64,000 nt of DNA from Octopus vulgaris. Its lineage: Eukaryota. Location: NCBI GenBank assembly GCA_951406725.2, contig OX597824.1:22816001-22880000 (forward strand), written 5' to 3'. Position numbers and translations under genes: made by a program. Positions within the stretch are counted from its first letter, which is position 1, and the number at the start of each line of letters is the position of its first letter. Shown here in pieces: positions 13,488 through 26,449 of the stretch. The notes under the pieces were generated by a model. That model ran no database searches, was not told the origin of the DNA, and saw only the letters and a program-made list of their open reading frames with translations.

Positions 13488-13580
13488 TAGACAGACAGAC
13501 AAACTGATAGATAGTCATACAGAAAGATAGACAAATAGTTAGACAGAAGATAGACAGACAGATAAACAAACAGATAAGAA
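12830..13580. repeat. (GATA)n/(GACA)n/(GA)n compound microsatellite
   Basis: Direct reading; source of the LSVC/LSIY ORFs. Confidence 0.95.
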
Positions 13581-13921
13581 CAAAAAACAAATATAAATAA
13601 TACATAGTTTATTGACATTTCCATGCAAAATATTGAAACAGTATCTAATTCTTAAGTCTTCATTTATTTTCCAGTCAAAAACTTACTCCTGAATTCTTGG
13701 AAGAGGTTACCTTTCTCTATTACAGTTAACAAGCGCCAATGAGGGCCGTTAGCGCAACGTAAATAGTTCCTGTTTCTCACAGATTGGTCTAGCAGAGATG
13801 CTTACACGTACGTGTTTGCAAAAATTTACAAGGGTGACGGAAGGGTAGCATTTGTTAACCAGTCAGTTCTCATCTACATTTACAACTCGTGTGGATTGTA
13901 TATATCATATATAAGTATGGG

Positions 13922-13955
<34 letters not shown>

Positions 13956-14208
13956 TGTTTGTGCATGTGTGTGCGTGTGTATATATATATATGTGTGTGT
14001 GCGTGTGTGTGTGTGTGTGTGTGTTAGCATAGGAAACAGATATTACGTGTTTATAAGTATACATCCGTTTTTGTATACAAGGAAGCACTCAATACCTTAA
14101 TGCAGAGGAAAAAATATATAAACAAACAGTTGATAATTCATTTGAACATTACTCGGTTTCATTCACACTCACACGTACACATATATTCATATATATATAT
14201 ATATATAT

Positions 14209-14365
<157 letters not shown>

Positions 14366-14624
14366 TATAGTAACAGGTCTTGGGGGCTGACGATATACCA
14401 TAAAGTTAAACCCTTTATGGATGGGAAACCCAGGGTAACCCTGTAAGCCGGCCTTCACCAGGAACAAATATAGACTGCTCTAGTTCTTAGAATGTGTTTC
14501 TCTGGATTTATATTTTTTAAGCATGCCCTTATACCCGCTCCTTGTAACTCTCATACACATGCCCTGATGTGCGTAATATACAGTTGAATATATTTTTGAT
14601 ATATATATATTATATATATATATA

Positions 14625-15005
14625 GTGAGAATTTACAAAAAAAAAAAAAGACGATGACGGATGTGTAAACAACAAACGGATATATTAGTTTAACGCTTGG
14701 GAAGTGAGAAAGTGTTTTATGTTTCGAGCCTACGCTCTTCGACAGAAAGGAACACAGAAATAAACAGGGAGAGAAAATAGAAAATGTTTAGTAGCTAGCG
14801 ATCTATCATGGCAAGTTCAAATTTGCAGAAAACAAAAGGCAAAGACAGGTGAAGGAACAACAAACAGGTGTATTAGTTTGACGCTAAGGAAGAATGGAAA
14901 AGTCTTTGACATTTTGAGCCTATGCTCTTTGATAGAAAAGATTGCTAGGGAACAAAATGGAGAGAATACAAAGAAAACGGAGAGAGAAAAAAACGTGATG
15001 AACAC
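14625..15005 (-). mobile_element. Short Penelope-type terminal-repeat fragments with minimal hammerhead-like motifs
   Basis: Minus strand 14749-14714 reads cttt-CTGTCGA-a-gagc-gtag-gctc-GAAA-ca-TA-aaac, with a second decayed copy at ~14903-14940. Same family at 8720-8885(+), 44655-44850(-) and 53625-53765(+). Confidence 0.55.
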
Positions 15006-15048
15006 ACACACACACACACACACAATATATATATATATATGTATAGAG

Positions 15049-15098
<50 letters not shown>

Positions 15099-15638
15099 GT
15101 AGGTAGGTAGGTAGAAAGGCAGATATATAAATCAATAGATCAATAGACAGACTGACATATATATGCATTTATACACTCATATCATCATCATCATCATCGT
15201 TTAACGTCCGTTTTCCATGCTAGCATGGGTTGGACGGTTTGACCGGGGTCTGGGAAGCCAGGAAGCTGCACCAGGCTCCAGTCTGATCTGGCAGTGTTTC
15301 TACAGCTGGATGCCCTTCCTAACACCAACCACTCCATGAGTGTAGTGGGTGCTTTTTACGTGCCACCAGCACAGGGGCCAGAGGAGGCTGGCAAATGGCC
15401 ATGATTGGCTGGTGCTTTTACGTGTCACCGACACGGACGCCATATATATATGAGAGGTATTGGTATTGGTAAGGCTATGTAAATACTACAGGAGGGCCGT
15501 AGTTAGACTCTCTGTTCGATAATAGTATGAGTGAGGGGTATAATATGGGTCTTGTGTGAGCATGTATAAGTTAAATAAAATGAGACAACAAAGCCAAAGC
15601 TGTGTGGAGTTTACAGGACATTTATAAAGAGAAAGGTT

Positions 15639-15686
15639 GTCTTATAGCTGTTTCTGGGATATTAGGGATATCCCTTCATCAGCGAC
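15639..15686 (-). ncRNA. Minimal type-I hammerhead ribozyme motif (slightly decayed)
   Basis: Minus strand: gtcg-CTGATGA-a-gggatat-cccta-atatccc-a-GAAA-cagcta-TA-agac; 7-bp perfect stem II. Confidence 0.65.
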
Positions 15687-16166
15687 GATATGAGAGAGTT
15701 AACTAGAGGGAAATAGTAGAGTTCAATATAAGGAGTTATTTTGGAAACAGATGGAAATAAGAAGTATAAAGGGAAATGAGAGAATAAAAGAATAAAAGTA
15801 AAAATACAAGAAAAATATATGTAGGATGTTACAGTTGCAGTTCTATTATCTAAGGAAAGTGATGTGTAGAATGGGTAGAAATGCTTCTTGTCCATGGTAT
15901 GTAGATTCCGATAGGAGTGAATAGTGTGGAGACATAAATTCTATGTGCTGTTCATATGTATTTTACAAATAGGAAAACTGTTTTGGAGAAATATGTTTGC
16001 TGTATTCTCTATGTGTGTTTACATTTAGAAAGAGAGAGAGAGACATGAGTGGTTTTGGAGGATTTTAACTCCTCTTTCAAACAGGTACTTATCATACCCT
16101 GACTTTTTATTGTACATACATACATACATACATACATAAATACATACATACATACATACATACATA

Positions 16167-18279
16167 GTGACTCTTCTACAAAGTCACTCGAAGAACTCAG
16201 GAAGGCACGAAATAAAACCCAACTGACAGCCAGACGCTGTATTGGCAGTAAATCTGTCAGAGTATCCAGTCAGCTGCCGCCAGGGGCGACACCCGTGGGA
16301 TGTATGCCGGTTTGAAGAAGGCCCTCGGTCCATCCGCAACCAAGTCAGCCCCTCTGAAATCAACTACTGGAGATCTCATCAGGGATCAAAGCAAGCAAAT
16401 GGATAGATGGGTGGAGCACTACCAGGATCTCTACTCACGGGAGACTACAGTGGCTGAGGCTGCAGTCGAGAGTGTCAAGATCTTGCTAGTCATGTGCGAA
16501 CTTGACAGTCTGCCATCTATAGCAGAGCTCACCAAGGTTGTTGACTCCCTAGCAAGAAAAGACGGCCGGGAAAAGACGGCATCCCCTCAGAGATCATCAA
16601 AGCCGGCAAAAACACCATCCTGCTTCGGCACCTTCATGAGCTTCTGTGTCAGTGCTGGGAAGAGGGTACAGTCCCTCAGGATATGCGGGATGCTAACATC
16701 ATTACGCTTTACAAAAACAAAGGTGACCGTGGTGATTGTAACAATTACCGTGGAATATCTCTTCTAAGCACTGTTGGAAAGACCTTTGCCCGCATTATCC
16801 TGGCCAGGCTACAACTACTTGCTTCTCGAATCTATCCGGAATCGCAGTGTGACTTTAGAAGAAGCAGATCAACTATCGATATGATATTCTCCATATGCCA
16901 ACTTCAGGAGAAGTCCAGAGAGCAGAGAATGCCATTATATATGGCCTTCATTGATCTAACAAAGGCCTTTGACTCGGTAAGCAGAACAGGCCTCTTCACC
17001 CTGCTCCAAAAAATCGGATGTCCACCAAAGCTGCTGAGGATCATCAAGTCTTTCCATGATGACATGCAAGGCACCATACAGCACAACGGTTCAACATCAG
17101 CCGCCTTCCAAATAAAAAACGGGGTAAAGCAAGGTTGTGTCCTCGCTCCTACATTGTTTGGCATTTTCTTCTCGCTCTTACTCTCACATGCCTTTCAGAC
17201 ATCAGATGATGGAGTGTTTCTGCACAGTAGAAGTGATGGGAAACTGTTCAATCTCTTGCGCCTGCATGCCAAGACCAAAATCAGAAACGTCCTGATCAAG
17301 GAGATGCTATCTGCTGATGATGCCGCTCTGGTATCACACACAGAAGAAGCCCTCCAAAGGCTCATTAACTGTTTTGAGCAAGCATGTAACGACTTTGGCT
17401 TAGCTATCAGCCTTAAGAAGACCAACATCATGGGTCAGGCTACATCGGACATCCCAAACATACAAATTGGAGACCACAGATTACAAGAAGGGGAGAAGTT
17501 ACAACCTATCCCTTGATGCTGAGCTCAATATACGCATTGGCAAGGCAGCTGCTGCGATGGCTTGGGACAACAAAAAGCTGACCAAGACCACGAAAATGAA
17601 GATCTACCAGGCATGTGTACTTAGCACTCTACTGTATGGAAGTGAGACTTGGACGCTATACACACGCCAAGAGCGTCGCCTAAACATCTTTCACCTGCGC
17701 TGCCTCCGGAAAATCCTCCGCATCAAATGGCAGAACCATATCCCCAACAAAGATGTCCTCAGGCAAGCAGGAATACCAAGCATGTTTGCACTCCTCACAC
17801 AAAGACGTATGAGATGGCTTGGGCATGTTAGCCGTATGAAAGATGGCAGAATCCCCAAGGACATACTCTACAGAGAGCTTGCTAGGGGTACTAGGTCTGT
17901 GGGTAGACCGCTCTTACGTTACAAGGATGTTTGCAAAAGGGACATGAAGGCCTGCAACATCAATATTAGCGGTTGGGAGGCAGTTGCCGGCAACCGTGGA
18001 AACTGGCGACGTACCGTAAGAGAGGGAATACAAAGGAGTGACAGAGAGAGAGAGGAAAAATGGAAAGACAAGAAAAGACGTCAACAAGAAACTATGACAC
18101 TACAACCAGCCAGGAACAGTCTTCGCTCCATTTGCGGTACCTGCCAGAGGGAGTGTTTGTCCAGGATAGGACTACACAGCCACAGCAGGAAATGTATCAG
18201 GACATGAAATGTAAAAGCCGGACTAGACTACTTTATGCACAACTCCATTGTCTCCCGAGACAAAAAGGATGCCAACCAA
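16167..18279 (+). mobile_element. 5'-truncated RTE (BovB-like) LINE, frameshifted RT ORF2
   Basis: ORFs at 16300/16683/17467: DANIITLYKNKGDRGDCNNYRGISLLS, FIDLTKAFDSV, GVKQGCVLAP, (S)ADD, LLYGSETW, WLGHV.RM.DGRIPK, C-terminal CxxC...SRIGL.SH. Frameshifts near 16560 and 17485; 3' hairpin attgtctcccgagacaa. Confidence 0.95.
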
Positions 18280-18342
18280 TATATATACCGGAGTAAACAC
18301 ATAAATGTGAAACAAAGTGGAAAAAAGAGTACTCAAATACCA

Positions 18343-18381
<39 letters not shown>

Positions 18382-18514
18382 CGTGATCACTGTGACCGAC
18401 CAGGCTATCAGATGTTGTTACACATCGCTGGTCACAATGCGCTTCACATTGACTTAGCCTTCAAATGACACCACCCCGCTGGCTAAGCGAGCACGCCAAT
18501 ATAAATATATATAA

Positions 18515-18856
18515 AGGGGTAAAGACCCCCTTCGGTCATGAATGACCATGGGATTGCACCTAGAAAGTTACCCTCCTAGACACAAGTCCGGGCAAGGTTG
18601 TTTATGGAAGGCTAGCAGTCGCCCATGCATACCAGCCTCCCCTCTCCACGCCACCAGTGTTATCCAAGGGAAAGATAAAGGTTGATACAGCTTGGCACCT
18701 GTGACGTCGCAACTCATTTCTACAGCTGAGTGAACTGGAGCAACGTGAAATAAAGTGCCTTGCTCGAGAACACAACACGCAGCCCGGTCCGGGATTCAAG
18801 CTCACAACCTCACGATTGTAAGCTCGACGCTCTAACCTCTGAGCCATGCGCCTTCA
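18515..18856 (-). mobile_element. CORE-type tRNA SINE family F
   Basis: gcatggctcag.ggttagagcgtcgagcttacaatcgtgagg...gagcaag.cactttatttcacgttgctccagttcactcagctgtagaaatgag...ccatggtcattcatgaccgaag. Copies at 21781-22045(-) and 27994-28327(+). Confidence 0.85.
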
Positions 18857-18859
18857 CAC

Positions 18860-18903
<44 letters not shown>

Positions 18904-19952
18904 CTGTGTTGCCCAGCATTCATCAGCAGTGTCTTTCATATATTTAAAATATATTCCCAAATATCATTCCTTTTCCTTGCTGATGTTCTTGAATCAGCAA
19001 CTTGCTCTTTCTTGAATCAACACTTAAGTTTTTGTTATTATTATTCGTATGTGAATTAGTCAATGAATTTAGGATTCCTCCATTTCTTTCAATATTTAGT
19101 CCCTAAGGTCACATACAATTTTCATTTCATTTCAATTTCAGCCAGACTCCCATTCTCGTTGCAAAATGCTTGAGATAGACATATCGATTAAAAAATGTAC
19201 ATGTATATTAATTTAGTATTAAAATTTTAACGATAATAATAATAATTATTATTAAATACTACAGCTTCCCTTCCACACCCGTACTAGCTATATGGTGTGT
19301 AAGCTTCGTTTACACAAGGGCTGCTCAAAATCCATTTTGCACACCTGTTATGAACACCCACCCTCATCTACCACCCCAATTTTAATTTGTACATAAACAT
19401 TTTCACCTAGCAACTCATATGCTTCATGTGCTGTGTATCATCATCATCATCATCATCGTTTAACGTCCGTTTTCCGCGCTAGCATGGGTTGGACGGTTCG
19501 ACCGGGGTCTGGGAAGCCAGGAGGCTGCACTAGGCTCCAGTCTGATCTGGTAGTGTTTCTACAGCTGGATGCCCTTCCTAACGCCAACCACTCCATGAGT
19601 GTAGTGGGTGCTTTTTACGTGCCACCGGCACAAGTGCCAGGGGAGTCTGGCAGCGGCCACGATCGGTTGGTGCTTTTAACGTGCCACCAGCACGGAAGCC
19701 AGTCAAGGCGGCGCTGTGTATGTGGATACATATTTTTTAAGCACACCCTTATACCCGCTCCTTGTTACTCTCATACAAGGGCCCTGATGTGTGTAGTATA
19801 CAGTTGAATATTTAGACATATAATACTTAAACTGCCCTATGTAGCCACTCTATTCTCATATCCACTTGTTGGTTCTTGCTCAGGATGTTGGACGAGGTGG
19901 GGAAGACTGTGGTTTATTGTAATTCACCGAATAAACACTGTATCAAAGCTCT

Positions 19953-21078
19953 ATGCAAGCTTACCACAACTACCTTACCACAACCAATCCCAAGTATTCA
20001 ATCTCAGGGACCCCTACCATCAATGTTGACACAATGAAAGGAAGGAGTGGGGAGAGTGTTGAAATGTTAGACGGATTCCATGTTAATGTATGTTGTGTAC
20101 AAGAAGTTCAATTCCTTATGGGTAAGAGACAGAGATTCAAATTCTTCTGTTTCAGCAGGAATGATGGAGTGGATGGAGTAGGCATACCCTTAGCAGAAAA
20201 GTGGGTAGATAAGATAATTGAAGTAGTCAGAGTATGTGATAGGATAATTAAGATGAGACTTATATGTAAATTAACAATTACATTTATCTCTGTTTGTGCC
20301 TCTCAGTCTGGGCTGACTGATGAGCAGAAGGACCGATTCCATGAGATCCTTTTGCAGACCACCTCAACAACAAATGACAGAGATTTTATCAATGTGGCTG
20401 GTGACTCCAATGGACATGTTAGACAACACCCCCATGGGTTCCAGGGAGTGCACGGAGGTTATGGTTTTGGGCCTAGAAATGAGGAGGGAACATGACTGCT
20501 GGAGTTCTGTGATACACATGAAATCATGATCTGCAAAACCAACTTCAGAAAACCAGCCAATCACTCAATCACTTATCAATCTGGTGAGCACATAAAGCCA
20601 GATTGACCACCTCCTCACCAGGAAACGAGATAGATGGATGCTTAAAAATGCAAAGTTTTTCCCAGGTGAAGGGTGTACAACCCATCATAGGTTACTAGTT
20701 AGTAACTTCAGAATTAGAGCTAGAAAAACCCGGAGAAATAAACCAATCTGGAAAAGAAGACTATGGAAGCTCAAAGATCCAGCGAACTTAGAGATTTAGA
20801 GATTTGCTAATGGAGGTTACTGATGAAAGAGAGGAAGAGTTGGGGACATGTAGATTAGAGGACAACTGGAAGTTCTTAAGGGACAACCTACTGAGAGCTA
20901 CAGATGAAATCTGTGGTTGGTTCAGAGTCCCAGATAGACCAAAGGTAACATGGTGGTGGAGCAAGGTGGTTGACAGTGTTATATAAGCAAAGAGACAGGC
21001 CTGGAAAGAATGGAAAAATGGTGGAAGCAGAGAATTATATCAGGTAGCAAAAAGGGCAGCTAGATGTCAGGTATACAT
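19953..21078 (+). pseudogene. RTE-clade LINE apurinic endonuclease (APE) domain fragment
   Basis: T.NV.TM.GR..E...L......CCVQE, GVGI, DRII, VAGD.NGHV, GVHGGYGFG.RN.EG, followed by QID..L and TWWW motifs with stops and frameshifts. Confidence 0.9.
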
Positions 21079-21233
21079 AAGTACCCTAGTTAATATTTTT
21101 AATAAAAAAGGCATAGAAGCAGAAGTACTGGGTTTGATTTGTTCAACTAAACCCTCAAGGTAGTGCCCCAGCATGGCCACAGTCATATGACTAAAACAAA
21201 TGTAAGAGCTATAACACCATGATACTCTCTGTA

Positions 21234-21430
21234 TATTTCTTTATTGCCCACAAGGGGCTAAACACAGAAAGGACAAACAAGGACAAACAAAGGGATTAAA
21301 TCGATTACATCGACCCCAGGATGAAAGGCAAAGTTGACCTCGGCGGAATTTGAACTCAGAACATAAAGGCAGGCAAAACACTACTAAGCATTTCCCCCAG
21401 CATGCTAACGATTCTGCCAGTTCACTGACC
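21234..21430 (-). mobile_element. SINE family B (internally deleted)
   Basis: Matches the 38723-39135 consensus. Confidence 0.75.
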
Positions 21431-22264
21431 CCACGGTACTCTATAACCCAATTTTTAGCATTGTTTTCAGCTTCATCATAATTTCTCTTCATTTTCCTTT
21501 CCCATCCCAACCAGAAGTTAGTGCAGCTTCTCTTTTGTATATATTGGTTTCTCAGAAAATGCAAAATTATATCTTGCATTGTATACATTCTGGAGCAATT
21601 TCAACATGTCGTTCATTAAAATCTTTGCTATACACTTTTCTAATCCTACAGAGTATATTCTATAAAAGTTTATCATTTCGTAGACCGCTTCCTTTCTATA
21701 CTCTAGGTTACCTACCACAATTTCCTATAAAATTTTGGGTTGTGTATTCAAAATACAGTCATTACTTAACATGCTTTTCTGCACAAGTCCGGACAAGGTT
21801 GTTTATGGGAGACCAGCATACCAGCCTCTCCTCTCCACACCACCGATGTTATCCAAGGGTAAGGCAAAGGCCGATACAGCTTGGCACTTGTGATGTCGCA
21901 ACTCATTTCTACAGCTGAGTGAACTGGAGCAATGTGAAATAAAGTGTCTTGCTCAAGAACACAACATGCAGCCCGGTCTGGGATTCGAACTCACAACCTC
22001 ACGATCGTAAGCTCGACAGTCTAACCACTGAGCCATGTGCCTTCACAGAGAGTTGTATCATAAGTATATATTTCACCCTAATCCCATTTTATTGCTATCT
22101 CTGTAGGACTGTGGCCATGCTGTGGCACCCCCAGAAGAGTTTAGCTAAATACATTGAACCCAGTATTTACCTTTAAATCTGATACTTATTCTATCGGTTT
22201 CTTTTGTTGAACAGCTAAGTTACAAGTGTGTAAACAAACCAACAGAAGAAAAAGTGGACATTAA

Positions 22265-22475
22265 CCCTTTAGCATTTAAACCGGTCATATCCGGCCGGCC
22301 TGTTTTATGTTCAAACTGGCCAGATCTGGTCTCTCACACCAACCCTACAATATCGTCTTAAAAATTAACAGCTACCTCATCAAAATCTCATAGCTACAAG
22401 ATAATGCATGATTAGTTCAAAATAATGTGGATGAAGTAGCATTAATTTTGGCAGAATAATGCGAACACTAAAGGA
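22265..22475. mobile_element. piggyBac-type MITE
   Basis: TTAA|ccctttagcattt ... gaacactaaagga|TTAA. Homologous 3' half at ~54300-54433 ending ctaaaaggTTAA. Confidence 0.65.
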
Positions 22476-23264
22476 TTAAATGTGATTATGAGGAGGAAAA
22501 GGATGATATCTGTGTTTGACGGTGCTGCTATCACACATGCACACACACCAAAATTTCCTAAACAACATGCAAAAATGGTAAAAATATTAACTCATTGGCA
22601 TGCATTGGCTCACAGATGTTTCATTTCTATACCTGGTTTTATCTTCTATTACAACAACATCTGTTCTTCTAAACTATAGGCCTGCATATCATCTTCATCC
22701 AAAAACACCTCTTCACATGTCTCTAACTCCTATCACTTGCACCGTGTCTCAGTTCTAATACTTCCTGATATATCTTGCCCGTTTGTTTTTCTTCATGCAG
22801 TAAACACTTCGGTTTAACTTATATCATATCTTTCATATCACAGGCAAAGTTCTTTTAAACATCCTTCATCCTGCTTAGCCTTTGCACTTGGTAAATTTGG
22901 TTTATCAATGCTGTTTATGTTGACCAGATTTCGCTTTTTTTTTTCTTTTATAGTCAAATAGATGTAAAATAATCAAATTCATTGTCTTAATTCTGTAGCT
23001 TTGGTCATCATCATCACTGTCTCCTCCTGTTAATATTATGCATCAGCATTATAAAATTCCTACTAGAAAATTTTTAAAAGTATATATATAAATAAAAATT
23101 CAACCCTCCACCACAAAACTTCATGAAACACCACAAACACAGCAAAAACAAAATCAACAACTAAGACCTACAATGACCCTTACTGTTCAGTTCATGAGCC
23201 CCTTCATAAACTAGCATCTGTAAATTAAAAACCCCATATACAATCTACAAATCAACACACATTT

Positions 23265-23413
<149 letters not shown>

Positions 23414-23429
23414 TATATACATACACATG

Positions 23430-23488
<59 letters not shown>

Positions 23489-23493
23489 GCACT

Positions 23494-23571
<78 letters not shown>

Positions 23572-23606
23572 TCATATTATATATATATATATATATATAT
23601 ACATAC

Positions 23607-23651
<45 letters not shown>

Positions 23652-23980
23652 CTGACATAAAAACTGAATTTTATAGTAGCCATGTTTATCGATAGAAAGA
23701 TAAACAAAAGTTATGAATTATAAATACATATCATAAACACAGACAACACACTATATGCATGATCTCTTCACTGTCAGTCTATGCATATATATGTGTGTGT
23801 GCATGTTTGTGTGCATGTTTGTGTGTATGTGAGTGTCTGTGTGAAAGCAACCTAATGGTTAGTGCATTGTACTAACCATTAGGTAGATGGGGGTTTCAAT
23901 TCCCAGACCAGCTGTGCAATTTATTCCTGAGCAAAACACTTCATTTCAGGTTGCTCCAGTCCACTCAGCTGTGTATATAC

Positions 23981-24017
<37 letters not shown>

Positions 24018-24354
24018 TAGATAGATAGATAGATAGATAAATACATATATATAGATATATATATTATCGTCGTTTAGCGTCCGTTTTCCATGCTAGCATG
24101 GGTTGGACGGTTCTACTGGGGTCTGTGAAGCCAGAAGGCTTCATCAGGCCCAGTCAAATCTGGCAGTGTTTCTACGGCTGGATGCCCTTCCTATATATTA
24201 TGTGTATTTGTATATATGTGCGTGTGGATATCTACTCTCTCTCTCTTCTATCTAAAACCCCACAATAACTGAATGCTGCATTATAGAGTTGAAAAGCTTT
24301 TAGAAAAAGTATCAATGCCTGAGGATAAAGATAACATATGTTATGATGATGATG

Positions 24355-24595
24355 ATATATACATACACACATAAATATATATGTATATATATATACATAC
24401 ACACATAAATATATATGTATATATATACATATACATACACACATAAATATATATGTATATATATATATACATATACATACACACATAAATATATATGTAT
24501 ATATATACATATACATACACACATAAATATATATGTATATATATACATATACATACACACATAAATATATATGTATATATATACATATACATATA
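24355..24595. repeat. ~40-bp higher-order minisatellite built from TA/CA units
   Basis: Unit atacatacacacataaatatatatgtatatatatatacat, about 6 copies. Confidence 0.8.
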
Positions 24596-25123
24596 CCCAG
24601 CGATGTTGCACACCTGCAGCAGGAGTTGGACTCAATCTACAGGTGGGCTGAGGATAATAATATGCAGTTTAATGCTGAAAAATTCCAGGCCCTGCGCTAC
24701 CAGCATCCAAAACTGAATATTAAACTTACAGGATACACCGGTCCACAGGGAATTTCAATCCCAGAGCCTAAGTCTGTGAGGGACCTGGGTATTGACATGA
24801 GTGATGATACCTCTTTCCAAGTGCACATTACCAGGATGTCGACAAAGTGCAGACAACTGGCTGGATGGATCCTAAGAACATTCAGAACCAGAGATAAGGA
24901 AACCATGATGGTCCTCTGGTGGACATTCGTCCTCAGCCACCTGGATTACTGCTCACAGCTATGGTCACCCACCAGTGTAAAATTAACAGCGGACCTTGAA
25001 GCTCAGCTACTGGGAAAGGTTGAAACAGCTAAGACTCTACTCCCTGGAGCGAAGACGGGAGAGGTATGCAGTAATATATGTCTGGAAGACCGCAGCTCTA
25101 AGCTGAAACTAGAGAAAAAAAAA
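24596..25123 (+). pseudogene. CR1-like LINE RT fragment with two internal deletions and poly(A)
   Basis: [47 protein letters not shown]. Same family as 39638-40284(-); ends ccgcagctctaagctgaaactag(A)n. Confidence 0.9.
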
Positions 25124-25193
25124 TACATATATATATATATATATATGTATAAATATATATATATATATACATACATACATATATATACATATA

Positions 25194-25255
<62 letters not shown>

Positions 25256-25339
25256 CATATATATATATATACATACATATATATATATATGTATATATAA
25301 TTAGTTGAACGAAGATTGTACAGAATTCCTTTTATTACA

Positions 25340-25419
25340 TTCTACACATGTTTCAAAGGCCACAATTTTCCAAATTCTGATTAAATAAGGATACCATATT
25401 GCAGCTTTCTCTTCAGGAA
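25340..25419 (-). ncRNA. Type-I hammerhead ribozyme motif (mirror copy)
   Basis: Reverse complement of 25557-25638 in the left arm of the inverted repeat. Confidence 0.65.
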
Positions 25420-25556
25420 AAACCAGGAATTACGTTGTCAGAACAAAACAAAGCAAAGGCGCAGCAAAGCAATTCGAACGAGGACGCTCCTTAAGAGCCC
25501 ATGGGTAAAATCTGCGCCTTTGTTTTGTTTTGTTCTGACAACGTAATTCCTGGTTT

Positions 25557-25638
25557 TTCCTGAAGAGAAAGCTGCAATATGGTATCCTTATTTAATCAGA
25601 ATTTGGAAAATTGTTTGGCCTTTGAAACATGTGTAGAA
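25557..25638 (+). ncRNA. Type-I hammerhead ribozyme motif
   Basis: ttc-CTGAAGA-gaaagctgcaa...ttgtttggccttt-GAAA-catgtg-TA-gaa. Confidence 0.65.
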
Positions 25639-26299
25639 TGTAATAAAAGGAATTCTGTACAATCTTCGTTCAACTCCATTTCTTCCATTCACTAATTATA
25701 TTAAACTTCAATTATCCGCACCAACGCACGGTTGCAACACCATATGGTCATATCTCCAACCGTGTTTTTTCTGCTGTGATTTTTGCTACCCAGGTATCGG
25801 TTAAACTTTTGAATAATCCGTAACAAGATAATTCATCTTTCCATCTCTTAGCGTGTTGGTATCTACGAATAGTAGTACCCTCAATATAATATAAATGAAT
25901 ATTTTCAAAGAGGAAGAATTTACGGATTTTTTCTCTTACGAGGTTTTTCACGCTGACTACTGATAATTTCTTTTAAAGATTTTATCCTCAATTGTTATAT
26001 ATATATATATATATATATACATGCATACATATATATATGTTTGTGTGTATATATATATGGTGGGATGGAAAGTAAAGGTAGAAAATGCCAAAATAATTTT
26101 ATAAAAAATGACTTTCGGTCATTGAGACTTTTTCAACTGTAAGTATGGAAAACAATTAAATTTTGGAAAAATTAAATGTAAAGTTTTTTAAAAGTATATT
26201 TGCATAGTATTCAAATACAAGTGGTATTTCCCTTGTTTCTGCCTGTCTCTGTCTCTCTTGTTTACTCTTGTAGGTTCGAGGTCGCTGTGAATTCTTGGC

Positions 26300-26446
26300 A
26301 GAGAAGAAGAAGAAGAAGAAGAAGCAGGAGGAGGAGGAAGATGATGATGATGATGATGAGGAGGAGGAGAAGAAGAAGAAGAAGAAGAAGAAGAAGAAGA
26401 AGAAGAAGAAGAAGAAGAAGAAGAAGAAGAAGAAGAAGAAGAAGAG
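26300..26446. repeat. (GAA)n/(GAG)n/(GAT)n microsatellite
   Basis: Direct reading. Confidence 0.95.
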
Positions 26447-26449
26447 ATT

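Larger units (their letters stand above)
25303..25675. repeat. Long inverted repeat (~162-bp arms, 47-bp spacer) of a Penelope-type terminal repeat
   Basis: 25303-25464 is the reverse complement of 25512-25675 with only ~3 differences. Each arm contains a hammerhead motif. Confidence 0.9.
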
